A stretch of 64,000 nt of DNA, taken from contig CAWJQU010000002.1 in the NCBI GenBank assembly GCA_963845145.1, positions 128,001 through 192,000 of the forward strand. Reading direction: 5' to 3'. Position 1 is the stretch's first letter; every line of letters begins with the position of its first letter. The notes below the pieces were generated by a model. That model saw only the letters and a program-made list of their open reading frames with translations, ran no database searches and had not been told where the DNA came from. This DNA comes from an uncultured delta proteobacterium (lineage in GTDB: Bacteria; Desulfobacterota; Desulfobacteria; Desulfobacterales; QNYZ01). Positions 50,266-60,400 of this stretch are shown piece after piece. Made by a program: the position numbers and the translations under genes.

Positions 50266-50472
50266 TTATGTCAACCTATTTGATGAATTATAAGGGGGCC
50301 GAACATTTATAATAAGGATCAACATCGTTATCGTTGTTACCGTTTTCGGGATGGTCCCATTCCCGGTACGATAAGCAGAGACAAGGGAAAGAGGCATATC
50401 TAAAATATCTGACAGCCTCATGTTTGATAGTTTAAAGACTTTTTGCAGTCCTTTAAATACCTCTGCATCCAT
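50266..50472 (-). CDS. Small XRE-like HTH protein, possibly a remnant
   Basis: FKGLQKVFKLSNMRLSDILDMPLSLVSAYRTGNGTIPKTV resembles an HTH. Confidence 0.35.
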   Translation of the reverse strand: MDAEVFKGLQKVFKLSNMRLSDILDMPLSLVSAYRTGNGTIPKTVTTITMLILIINVRPPYNSSNRLT

Positions 50473-50485
50473 GCATAATGTGGGT

Positions 50486-50791
50486 CTATAGAAGGAATCG
50501 ATACTGACGCGCGCCATGAATGATCCGTCGAATTTGGCCTGTTTTCGGCTTCACGACATAGAAGACAAGATACTTACCAATAACCAACATACGATAACCC
50601 AGGCGTCGCAAACGGTCATCCCGGGGAACAACGCCGATTTCCGGATGATGTGAGAGCGAAGCGATCGTCTTATCAAACGTCTCAAGAAGTGCCGCGGCAG
50701 CACCCGGATTATCTTTCAAAACATAATCGAAAATCTCGTGCAAATCTTTTTCAGCCGTCGGTAGATATCGGACTTCAATGGTCGGTGTCAT
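50486..50791 (-). CDS. RelE/ParE-family toxin
   Basis: AEKDLHEIFDY, HPEIG, YLVFY, RIIHGAR. Confidence 0.9.
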   Translation of the reverse strand: MTPTIEVRYLPTAEKDLHEIFDYVLKDNPGAAAALLETFDKTIASLSHHPEIGVVPRDDRLRRLGYRMLVIGKYLVFYVVKPKTGQIRRIIHGARQYRFLL

Positions 50792-51051
50792 CTGATTTTC
50801 ATCTTAAGCTGTTCCATCAACGACTGATGCAAAACACCTTTTTCCCCCATCGCATCCAAATGCTCCGCCTCGGCAAGTTTTTGATACAGTTCTAGGAGAC
50901 TTTCCATACGTTCAAAATGGGCCTGGCTCATCACTACCATATCGCCTTTGCCGTTACGCGTAATGAAAACAGGCTGCCCTTCTTCGTGACAGAGCTTCGA
51001 AATTTCAACAGCTTTGTTCCTCAAATCAGATATGGGTCTGATGACCGGCAT
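50788..51051 (-). CDS. Phd/YefM-family antitoxin
   Basis: IRPISDLRN, PVFITRNGKGDMVVMS; AAGGAGG RBS. Confidence 0.92.
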   Translation of the reverse strand: MPVIRPISDLRNKAVEISKLCHEEGQPVFITRNGKGDMVVMSQAHFERMESLLELYQKLAEAEHLDAMGEKGVLHQSLMEQLKMKIR

Positions 51052-51178
51052 GACGCCCTCCTTATCATAATATGACCCATATTTTATCATAATATTGATA
51101 TTTGTCAACGATTGTTAAGACAGTGTATTGCTTGGTTATTAAGCGGTTTAAGATTCCGGCCTCAATTATCCCCCACGC

Positions 51179-51358
51179 CAAATTTGATGAAATCCTATAA
51201 AGTCCCAAAAAAGGAATGGCAAAGAAATCCGCCTTGACGGACAAGTTCAAGGCGTCGCGAATCCGGTGTGATGAGGCGTACTTATCGTACGCCGCAATCA
51301 CGACGGGATGAAGCGCAACGCAGTCCGCCACAGGTAGATTACGAAGCCATCAAATTTG
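51179..51358. repeat. REP/MITE-like imperfect palindromic element
   Basis: Ends caaatttgatg / catcaaatttg; inner ggcgtac-ttatc-gtacgcc hairpin with gtgat/atcac arms. Confidence 0.6.
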
Positions 51359-51732
51359 ACTTGCTAACCAATCTTGGGTATCCAGGTGAAAGGTCGCCCC
51401 CCACACGGGGGTGTCGATTCAGGGAAACAGCATTTGGATTTATTAAAGACAAACCACGTGTTGGCAAAAATGCGCCAAGATGCCAAAATCTTACAACATA
51501 CTGTAATGATTAAATAAATATCTTTACTTTTTATTATACTTGCGTTAACACCTGAAGTCGGCGCTCCATGCCCTGTTTCCTTGAATGCAGAAAGGGCCAA
51601 CGCCATTTGAACGAAAAAACACGCCGACAATATCAGGCGGATAAATCTGCCCTGGAATTTGAACGGGAACTCAAAAAACAATTGCCACAGGGACAACCGT
51701 TACGAAAAGTTAAACGATAATTGGACATCAAG

Positions 51733-51903
51733 ATGGCCTACGAAGCGAAAAAAACAGAACACTCCGGCGCAAAAAAAGGCAAAGGCGCATATTGGGGTAA
51801 AAAGGTTGATGCAAAGAAAGAATCGAACAATATGCGTCGGGTGAGCGATAAAAAGAGCGTTCAGGTTGAGGATCATGATTCCATGGAAGGAGCCAATGAA
51901 TGA
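51733..51903 (+). CDS. Small Lys-rich hypothetical protein
   Basis: MAYEAKKTEHSGAKKGKGAYWGKKVDAKKESN; stop overlaps the next ATG. Confidence 0.5.
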   Translation: MAYEAKKTEHSGAKKGKGAYWGKKVDAKKESNNMRRVSDKKSVQVEDHDSMEGANE

Positions 51904-52245
51904 CCACCGATCAAGGTGAATTAATTGTTTACCAGTCCGAGGATGGCCAGGCTGCGGTTGACGTGCGGCTTAAAGATGAAACCGTTTGGTTGACCATGAA
52001 GCCCAGATGCAGGAGCTATTTGGTAGGGAAGGTCTGTAATATACAAGGCATATTAACAATGTTGTTCAAAGAAGGCGAACTCGACAAGAAGCAAGTATTG
52101 CAAAAAATGCACAGTACAAAAGACGGGACGGTAAATGCTATCAAGTCGCCTTGATTGTTTAATCTTGATGTTGATAATTTCAGTCGGCTATCGGGTCAAA
52201 TCCCAAAGTGGCACCCAGTTCCGCATCTGGGCGACATCGGTTTAA
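51900..52245 (+). pseudogene. RhuM-family (virulence RhuM/Fic-associated) N-terminal remnant
   Basis: YQSEDG..VDVRLKDETVWLT, FKEGEL, then NLDV / IISVGYRVKS..GTQFRIWAT across frameshifts. Confidence 0.85.
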
Positions 52246-52251
52246 AAAAGG

Positions 52252-52536
52252 TCAAATCCTTTTGGTGGCTATTTTGTAAACGATATTTTTCTCCCTTTTT
52301 CCAACGGCTACAACCGACACAACCAGTTCTTTTTCCCTTACCTGATAGACCAATCGATATCCCGCTCGACGGAGCTTTATTTTGTAGCAATCTTTCATCC
52401 CGCTAAGTCGGGAACTTTCTATACAGGGCTGATCTATCCGCTCTTTTAGCTTTTTTGCAAAAATCGAACGAACGGTCGAATCTAGCTTGTCCCATTCTTT
52501 TTTGGCATCTAATTTAAAAACGAGTTTATAACTCAT
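52252..52536 (-). CDS. relE: RelE/StbE-family mRNA interferase toxin
   Basis: AKKEWDKLD, CYKIKLRRAGYRLVYQV, VVAVGKRE. Confidence 0.92.
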   Translation of the reverse strand: MSYKLVFKLDAKKEWDKLDSTVRSIFAKKLKERIDQPCIESSRLSGMKDCYKIKLRRAGYRLVYQVREKELVVSVVAVGKREKNIVYKIATKRI

Positions 52537-52780
52537 CGATGCTTACCTCAATTTCAGGCTGGTCTTTTCGAGCCCTCACAATTTCGGCAAGTTCAATGTC
52601 TTCCAGCTTATCCATCAGTATCTCGAAAGCCTCAACTGGTACGGTATAAAATACAGGCTTGTTGCGATTTAAAATAACAACTGGCGCACCATCACCTTGC
52701 CGCACAACTGCCATTGGGTTTTTCTTGAGCTCGGAAATCCCGGCACTAACATCGGCTAAAATAGTATGGGTATCTGTCAT
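52526..52780 (-). CDS. StbD/Phd-family antitoxin
   Basis: ISELKKNPM, PVVILNRNKPVFY, IEVSIDEL. Confidence 0.9.
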   Translation of the reverse strand: MTDTHTILADVSAGISELKKNPMAVVRQGDGAPVVILNRNKPVFYTVPVEAFEILMDKLEDIELAEIVRARKDQPEIEVSIDEL

Positions 52781-52868
52781 TGTCGAGCCTCACTTTCATT
52801 TAAATAGACCGGTTAATTGACCTTTTATATAACTATTTATAATACTTTTTAAAGCACGAGTCAAGACA

Positions 52869-52892
52869 AAATGACCTTTTAACAGGTCATTT
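52869..52892. promoter_or_regulatory. Probable TA operator palindrome
   Basis: aaatgacct-tttaac-aggtcattt upstream of the antitoxin; extra tgacctttt half-site near 52818. Confidence 0.55.
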
Positions 52893-53012
52893 AATAATGC
52901 ATCCTAAAAGTGGTCGATCCCGATATAACAAGGTAGCCAGCAGTATCGCCCGATCTCTTAAGCCCATCAAAGGATCACAACGCAGCGCATTCAGCTAATT
53001 GAAGGGTTGTTG

Positions 53013-53276
53013 CTAGGTAAGAACCACCGAAGCAACTTGGTTCGTTTCCACCTGGGGGCGCTTCACATCGCGAACCGGAATTTCCCGGACAACCTGTGTT
53101 TTGCAAAGGTACTTGAACAGGCTCAACAGCACCGACAGTTGCGTATGGATCGTGCGATGGCCCTTGTCTTCCCCTTTCATGGATTCGAGCCAGGTAATAG
53201 CGTGGGTAGGTCAAATCTTTTTCCAATCGTCTTCGCCAGTGGTTTCCATCTTGGAAACAAACTCGCCGGTGGCCAT
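53013..53276 (-). pseudogene. Tyrosine recombinase N-terminal (core-binding) remnant with internal stop
   Basis: Manual translation: ...WKKI*PTHAITWLESMKGEDKGHRTIHTQLSVLLSLFKYLCKTQVVREIPVRDVKRPQVETN. Confidence 0.65.
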
Positions 53277-53390
53277 CTAACATCCGACAAACCGGTTAAC
53301 CGGTGAACGGGCCAACCGCCCCCCACTTGACACCCTCCCCTTTCCCCCTTAAACATTCATAATCAATCCTATTTCCAAGGGAGACTCACC

Positions 53391-54752
53391 ATGAAAAAAA
53401 TTCGCCACCCCGAAGATGTGGTCAACGCTAAATTAATCAAACCCGGTAGCCGTATCTATGCATCGGGCAATGCCGGTACACCGCAAAAGTTACTAAATAC
53501 ATTAGCGACAAATGAAAATATTGAGGATGTAACGTTGCTCGGCGTGTTGCTGCTGGGCGATATTGATGCCCTTTTTTCCGAAGCGGCTTGTCGCCGCATC
53601 ACCCATCGGGTCATTTTTAACGGTCCGGCCTCCAGGGAAGCCGTAAACCATGGGCGTGCCAAATACCAGCTGCTGCACCTGTCGGACATCCCCCGTCAGT
53701 TAACGGGCTATCTAAAACCCGATGTGGCCATGATCACCGTGGCGGGCCCGGATAACGGCGGCAACTACAGTCTGGGCACCACCGTGGAGGCGGTTCCCGC
53801 GGCATTGGAATCGGTTCGGCAAAACGGCGGCGTGGTGATTGCCGAACGAAACGCCCGTATGCCGTTTGTACTGGGAGACACCATTCCGGCCGACATGATC
53901 GATTACCTGCTCGATACCGACTATTCTTTGCCGGTCAGCCCGGTCAAGCCGCCGGATGAGGCTGCCCGACGGATCGGCCGCATCATTTCGAATAACTATA
54001 TTCAAAACGGTACGACCCTTCAATACGGCATCGGTCAGGTTCCGGAAGCGGTGACCGACGCCATTTTGGATAAAGGCGTCCGGGACTTAGGCATTCACAC
54101 CGAGCTGTTTGCCGATGCCATGCAGCGATTGGTGGAAGCCGGTGTGGTGACCAACCGTTACACCTTCATCCATGTCAACTGCGCCATGTCTTCGATTTTT
54201 TTATCCAGCGACCCGGAAGGGTATGACTGGCTCGACTACAATTCGTCTGTCCAGAGCCGGCCATGCGACTACACAAACAGTGTCTTGAATATTGCCCGGG
54301 AGCCCAACATGGTGGCCATCAACGGCGCCATCGGGGTGGATCTGCACGGCAATATCTGGGCCGACTCGTTGCAGGCCCGACGAATTTTCAGCGGCGTGGG
54401 CGGCCAATCGGACTTTTTACGTGGTGCAGCACTCTCTTCCGGCGGGGTGCCCATCATCGCTTTAAAATCAACGACGAACAAGGGTATAAGTAAAATCGTC
54501 GAGAAATGTCCCGAAGGGATTACGACCACCGCTATTGCCGCCGACCAGGTGGTGATCGTTACCGAGCAGGGGGCTTTCGACCCGCGGGGATTGAGTTTTT
54601 CCGAACGGGCCGTGGCCACAGCCCACCTGGCGGAGCCGGAAATCCGCGAGCAATTGGTCAAACGCATTTACGACAGCCCCGAATATCACCACCCGGCCCA
54701 GGCCCTTAAAGATGGTGTGCCGAAAGGGATCATACCTTATCAAGAAAGATAG
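53391..54752 (+). CDS. Acetyl-CoA hydrolase / 4-hydroxybutyrate CoA-transferase family
   Basis: TLQYGIG, LGIHTE, SGVGGQSDFLRGA, IVTEQG. Confidence 0.9.
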   Translation: MKKIRHPEDVVNAKLIKPGSRIYASGNAGTPQKLLNTLATNENIEDVTLLGVLLLGDIDALFSEAACRRITHRVIFNGPASREAVNHGRAKYQLLHLSDIPRQLTGYLKPDVAMITVAGPDNGGNYSLGTTVEAVPAALESVRQNGGVVIAERNARMPFVLGDTIPADMIDYLLDTDYSLPVSPVKPPDEAARRIGRIISNNYIQNGTTLQYGIGQVPEAVTDAILDKGVRDLGIHTELFADAMQRLVEAGVVTNRYTFIHVNCAMSSIFLSSDPEGYDWLDYNSSVQSRPCDYTNSVLNIAREPNMVAINGAIGVDLHGNIWADSLQARRIFSGVGGQSDFLRGAALSSGGVPIIALKSTTNKGISKIVEKCPEGITTTAIAADQVVIVTEQGAFDPRGLSFSERAVATAHLAEPEIREQLVKRIYDSPEYHHPAQALKDGVPKGIIPYQER

Positions 54753-54788
54753 AAAGCATAATCAATATTCCGGTAAAAGGAGGACGAT

Positions 54789-56243
54789 ATGAATATTTTC
54801 AATCAAAAAATCAGGATTTCGGTATTCAATTTTCTACCCTTTTTCCTTATTGCATTATTAATCGTAAGTGTCGCTTCCGCGCAGCCCAAAAAGCGGGAAT
54901 ATTGGCCCACCCACGGATGGAAAGTTTCTACCCCTGAGAAACAGGGTATGGATTCCACCAAACTATTTATAGCAGACGAATTTATCCAAAATAGACTTCC
55001 TGATGCGTTTAGTTTGCTGGTTGTCAAAAACGGCTACTTAGTTTTTGAGAAATACTACTCGTGGGGAAGTCCTGAGAAATTTGCTGTCGTTCATTCCGTT
55101 ACCAAAAGTGTAATGTCAGCCCTGATTGGTATAGCACTGGACAAGGGTTATCTTAAAAGTGTGGATCAAAAACTAACCGAATTTTTTCCTGAATATTACT
55201 CAGACGAATTGGATCCAAGAAAAAAGACAATCAGCCTTAAACATCTATTGACAATGAGTGCGGGATTTAGGTGGAACGATTGGGGTCCTGTAATGGGGAA
55301 CTGGTACACTTCCTCGAACTGGGCAAAATTCACATTTCAACTCCCGCAAGAAAATAACCCCGGTGACGTATTTAATTACAATTCATCAACCTCACACCTT
55401 TTGTCCATAATTCTGTCAAAATCAACTAAAACCAGCACGTTGGATTTTGCAAAACAAAACCTTTTTGAACCGATAGGAATACAGTCAGCCTATTGGCATC
55501 AAGACCCGAAAGGAAACCATATTGGCGGTTTCGGTTTGGGCCTCACGGCACGAGATTTAGCAAAAATCGGTTTCCTGTACCTAAATAATGGATATTGGAA
55601 CGGTCAATCTATTGTTTCTGAATATTGGGTAAAAGAATCTACCCGGCAACGGATGTTTGCCCATGAAATGTATGGACCCACTTACTATGGCTATCAGTGG
55701 TGGATAAAAAAAGTTGATGGCCTTTTCAGCTATAGGGCATGGGGGAGAAGAGGACAATTTATTGTGGTCGTGCCAAAATTGGATCTTGTGATCGTTGTAA
55801 CATCAGAAACATCTCAGCCTCACCCACCAACCTCAGTGCATTATAGCCCTTTATTTGAGATAGTTGCGAGCTCTGTTAATAGAGATCGCCCTTCGAAAAA
55901 ACGTATAACGCCGATAAAATTACCCGATGATTTAGCCGCATTCATAGCTGACTTTAATCGGGTATATTCAGATAAAAACATACCAAAATTATCTGAATTT
56001 ATATCAAATAGTTTTCTTAACAATGGCCTCACTAAAAGCCAAATCATAGAACTCTTTGCAGTGAGTGCTTCATATCTTTCAGAATCCAAACTGATTATTA
56101 CCGGATTTGAACTTAATGGAAACGTGGCTAAACTCGAAGGGGTTAGAAAAGATAAATACTTTGAGATTAATTTGCCGACAGACTTTCAGATTATTAAAGA
56201 AAATGGCCAATGGAAATGGTATGGAAACCAAGTCCCGGAATAA
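54789..56243 (+). CDS. Exported serine hydrolase (beta-lactamase / class C-like)
   Basis: Signal peptide; SVTK (SxxK), FNYNS, ARDLAKIG, YGYQWW, GRRGQ. Confidence 0.88.
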   Translation: MNIFNQKIRISVFNFLPFFLIALLIVSVASAQPKKREYWPTHGWKVSTPEKQGMDSTKLFIADEFIQNRLPDAFSLLVVKNGYLVFEKYYSWGSPEKFAVVHSVTKSVMSALIGIALDKGYLKSVDQKLTEFFPEYYSDELDPRKKTISLKHLLTMSAGFRWNDWGPVMGNWYTSSNWAKFTFQLPQENNPGDVFNYNSSTSHLLSIILSKSTKTSTLDFAKQNLFEPIGIQSAYWHQDPKGNHIGGFGLGLTARDLAKIGFLYLNNGYWNGQSIVSEYWVKESTRQRMFAHEMYGPTYYGYQWWIKKVDGLFSYRAWGRRGQFIVVVPKLDLVIVVTSETSQPHPPTSVHYSPLFEIVASSVNRDRPSKKRITPIKLPDDLAAFIADFNRVYSDKNIPKLSEFISNSFLNNGLTKSQIIELFAVSASYLSESKLIITGFELNGNVAKLEGVRKDKYFEINLPTDFQIIKENGQWKWYGNQVPE

Positions 56244-56643
56244 CCGGAATAAATAGTTCCGCTTGGGAGACACGCCGTACCCGTTTGAAATTTTCGGGGA
56301 TTCAAGGAAAATAAACACATAATTTGTCTAACCTGAGTTAGAAACCAGATTTCACATGCAGCATCAATCAGACGATCAAGCGCCTTGCACGATTCGCTGG
56401 ATAATCGATACGCCGTTTTCCCCGACAAACAGCGTTGGGAGCCAAGAAAATCTAACATCAACTTGAAATTGAAAAATTACCGTTTACTTTAGTTATATAA
56501 ATTTATTTTTTAAGAATTATGCGGCTGAAAAACCCGTTCGGAACATACTTTAAAGAAAGTCACACATGATTTCACGGCATCGCTAATTTTAGCCTACCGA
56601 CATCGCATTTCGGTATAACCTCACAACAATGAAAGGAGTACGC

Positions 56644-57144
56644 ATGGCCTCAATCGCATTGCAGGGAAACCCAATCAATACATCTGGAGATCTGCCCCAA
56701 GTGGGTTCCAAGGCACCGGATTTTACGTTAGTCAAAACAGATCTGTCCCCGGAGAATCTGGCCGCCCTGGCGGGAAAAAACGTGGTGCTCAACATCTTCC
56801 CCAGCGTCGACACGCCGGTGTGCGCCACATCGGTGCGGCGGTTTAACGCTGACGCCTCCAAAAAGGACAACACGGTGGTCCTTAACATCAGCGCCGACCT
56901 TCCCTTTGCCCATGCCCGCTTCTGCGGAGCCGAGGGGCTCGAAGACGTTGTGTCCCTTTCCTCATTCCGCAATACGGCGTTCGGGACCGATTACGGCGTT
57001 GATATCATTGACGGCCCGCTGCAGGGCCTGTTGTCCAGAGCAGTCGTTGTGATCGACGCTGAAGGGGTCATTAAATATACCGAGCAGGTTCCGGAAATCA
57101 CCCAAGAGCCGAACTATGATGCCGCCCTGGCTGCTTTGGGATAG
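56644..57144 (+). CDS. tpx: Thiol peroxidase (atypical 2-Cys peroxiredoxin)
   Basis: [26 protein letters not shown]. Confidence 0.96.
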   Translation: MASIALQGNPINTSGDLPQVGSKAPDFTLVKTDLSPENLAALAGKNVVLNIFPSVDTPVCATSVRRFNADASKKDNTVVLNISADLPFAHARFCGAEGLEDVVSLSSFRNTAFGTDYGVDIIDGPLQGLLSRAVVVIDAEGVIKYTEQVPEITQEPNYDAALAALG

Positions 57145-57407
57145 TGGCGCAGCACCGATGGTTTCCATATGGCGGTGACGGGTCGTGCCTTTGGGATTTT
57201 TAGGGCGATGACATTTAGCCGTTTATTCCCAGGTGGGAGAGCGTCTTCTTGCGCCCCACCCGGCTTTTGATTCAATCCTAAAGTTGCATAAAAGAGATGG
57301 TTAAAGAGTTAATGACCGTTTTGAGCCTTGAATAAACTGCGTGTTAGCGGATCCATTCGAGCAATCAACCAGAGCTGAAATACCAGAGTTCAAATAGAGG
57401 ATCGGAT

Positions 57408-60400
57408 CTATTTGATAGCGATTCGCAATTTATGGCCTGCCTTCTTCATTAGCGGTTGCTGTTCATCAATCACCGGCACGGCAACCGCTAACCCAAATAC
57501 CCGGTCCATCCGAAATGATCCGTCATCAGCTGTGTAGGCAGTGTGGCCAGTCCCTTTGATCCGGACCTTTACGGCCGCCACGCCGGGATCCTCACTATCC
57601 TGGACCCCATTCCCGTTCCGATCATCAAAGACCGCCCCCTCAATCCGTTTAAAACGGCTCAGACCAAATTCCAAGAGGTAGGTCTTGCCAGCCCCTATCA
57701 CCACGGTTTGGACGGTCTCGGCGGTGGGGTGAAGATCAACAGGTAAGGATCCCAAGTCCAACCGCACCTGGTAGACGCCGGGCAGCACTTTATCAAATTC
57801 AAAGGTCCCGGTATTGTCCGTATCCACGGCCCGGTTTTCGTCCAGAATCACCCGAATACCGGCCAGCCCGTTGTCCCGGGGGGCACGGCGGCCGTTGGTA
57901 TCGCTATCTAAAAAGATACGCCCCTTGATCCGGTTAACCGCCCCGAGAGCTATTTGTTCGTCATCAGAAACACCGCACAAGGCTGTGTCGCCACCATCCA
58001 CCGGATGAAAGCAGTACCCGCCTGATTCAGACCGACCGCGGTGGGTTCGATCACGCATGGTATCGTCAACCCGCCCCTGAAAGGTGATGACCACCGATTC
58101 GCCCATTGCCAAATCACCCACGGTCCAGGTTTGCGAGCGACCGTTGAGATGGGTTTCGATGGGGCGCCCGTTCGATCGGGCGCTGTCGGGAATATAAGTG
58201 ACCCCCGGTGGCAAGATGTTGCGCACCTTAAAGTCTTCCAGATCACCGCAACCGCGATCATCGCCGGTTTGGTTTTTGGCCGTTACCGTGAAGGTCAAAA
58301 TATCCCCGGGAAATATCTGCTCCCGGTCGGTGAGAAAGAGTTCAACCGGACGAATGTGATCCAGGTCCTGCCGCGAGGCCATATCGCCGGCGGCGCTCCT
58401 TCGGATCCCTTCCACCAGGTTCGAAGCAAAGGATGATAACCGTTCAGCCAACACGACTTTACGGTCGATATCGGCCAACGGCATCACACGCGACAACATT
58501 CCGATGGTCAAACCGACATCCTCGGCCGAATAGCGGTACCGGGTGGTGCGCACCTGGTCTTGATGCTCGTGCTGCTCGGCAGGTAAATAGATCTGGAACC
58601 GTTTAGACCAGCGCTGTTGATCAAAGGCGTTAAACCGCTTAATCGCCGCCTGAGTCAGCTCGGGTCGGTTCAGTGTTTCTCCTGCCTGAATAAGCCCCAT
58701 GATTACAGCCGCCTTGTCGGCCAGACTATCACGGGCTGCCGGACCTTCCAGAACTTCACTCGGTTGATTGGCACCTTTACCGGCTACCAGGTAATCTGCC
58801 AGGGCTACCAATAGGCCTTGTATTTCAGGCTTACGCGGATATTCGTCAGGGACCGATTTTATCATCTTGCCCACAACATCAGCCGCCAGCCCTGCGTCGG
58901 CCAGGCTCAGGCCCGTGATCTTTTCAGATGCATCCAGGTAGCGTGACCGGATCGTATCCAATACCCTAACCGACAGATTCATGGCCTTATCACGCAGAGT
59001 CGCGTAATCGGGGACCCGCTGTGCCGTGGAGTCGTCAAGGGACACCAGAGCATCCAGGGCACCCAATAGCGAAAACCGCGCAAAGACCGATCCAGCCGGC
59101 TCCGGAAAGGTCAGATCGAGTACTTTGCCGGCACTGTCGCGCACCAGGGTAAAGGTGGCCGGTAGCTCTGACAACCCCGCTTCACCTGCAACCTTCAGGG
59201 CTTCTTCGATAAAACCAAGCTTGGCGGCCACGGCCAGACCGGTTACCTGGGAGATAAAACCGTCCAGGGATGCATCGCCCGGCCTTTGGCCTCCGGCCAC
59301 TTTTTGTAGATACGCTAACTGCAACATCAGGGTTTGAGATAGACCTCCCATGCTCACCTTTCTATCTGCACCGCGCACATCCCAGCCCTGGGACAACCCC
59401 TGGGGATAGTCCGGCCAACCACCGGCAAATTCCACAAAGATCGGTGTCAGCGTCTGAGGTACCTGGGTCAGACCGTTGTCTTTGGCCGCTCTTTGGAGCC
59501 AAGCGCTAAGGGCCTGTTCGGGGGTGACGCCTGCGGCTTTTGCCATCTGCGCCACCGGCGCCGAAAACTGAAGCGGAACCCCGTTACCCGACTGCATCGT
59601 CAACCGCACCAGGCTGCCCCGGGCCGTCTCGGCCAGCGCCGCGGCCATATGCGTGGCCATGGATGGATCCGCAAAAAAGGCATCGTCGGTCATACGGCCT
59701 TGTTCAAACAGCTCCGGCACCGCCGACAACAACGCGCTTGCTGCGAGCATCCCGCCAGCCGTTTCGAACTTTGCAGGCGGTCCCAGCTTCGGCAGCCGGA
59801 TCGGTTCGAAAAACAGTGGTTGACGCGGGCCGAATCGTTCCACCCGGGTATCTATGCTGTCTTTTAAGGCCTGCAGCTTCTCTGCTTCCAATGGGATAAA
59901 GCTCAATTCAATCTGGGACACCAGCACCTGGGCCGGTTGACGACCCAGGCCGGTTTCGATGATATCATCCCGATAGCGACGACTGGGGACCGGTATCGGC
60001 CGACGAAGATCGGTGATCTCGCCCCGGCCGGTGATCAGACCGCTTGATCCTTCAAACGGTAACCCACGGCTGCCCCGCTGCTGAAGTTCGCTTTTCGCCA
60101 CTACTGTCTCGAAGAAGAGGCGTAAATGATCGAGCATTCCCACCCGCTTATCGGCCTCCGCCTGCATCACCAGGTAAGCAATACCGCCCACTGTGGCGCC
60201 CACGCTCTGGGGCGTATAGATCCCGGTCATGGGCCAGTCGGATCGGTCGCGGTATAGTTGGTGCTCTTTGTCCCACAACTTTTCTTCCATAAAGGCGTAT
60301 ATTCGGTTCGCAGGGGAAAGACCCGTGGGGTGAACCAACAGTGCTCGCAGAACCGCCGCCTGATCCGCCAGGGTTTTGGCGCCCTTCAAGGCACGACCCT

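Noticed and set aside
52920..53012. attC half-sites upstream of the stbD/relE pair
   Set aside because: Only short fragments; no complete palindrome
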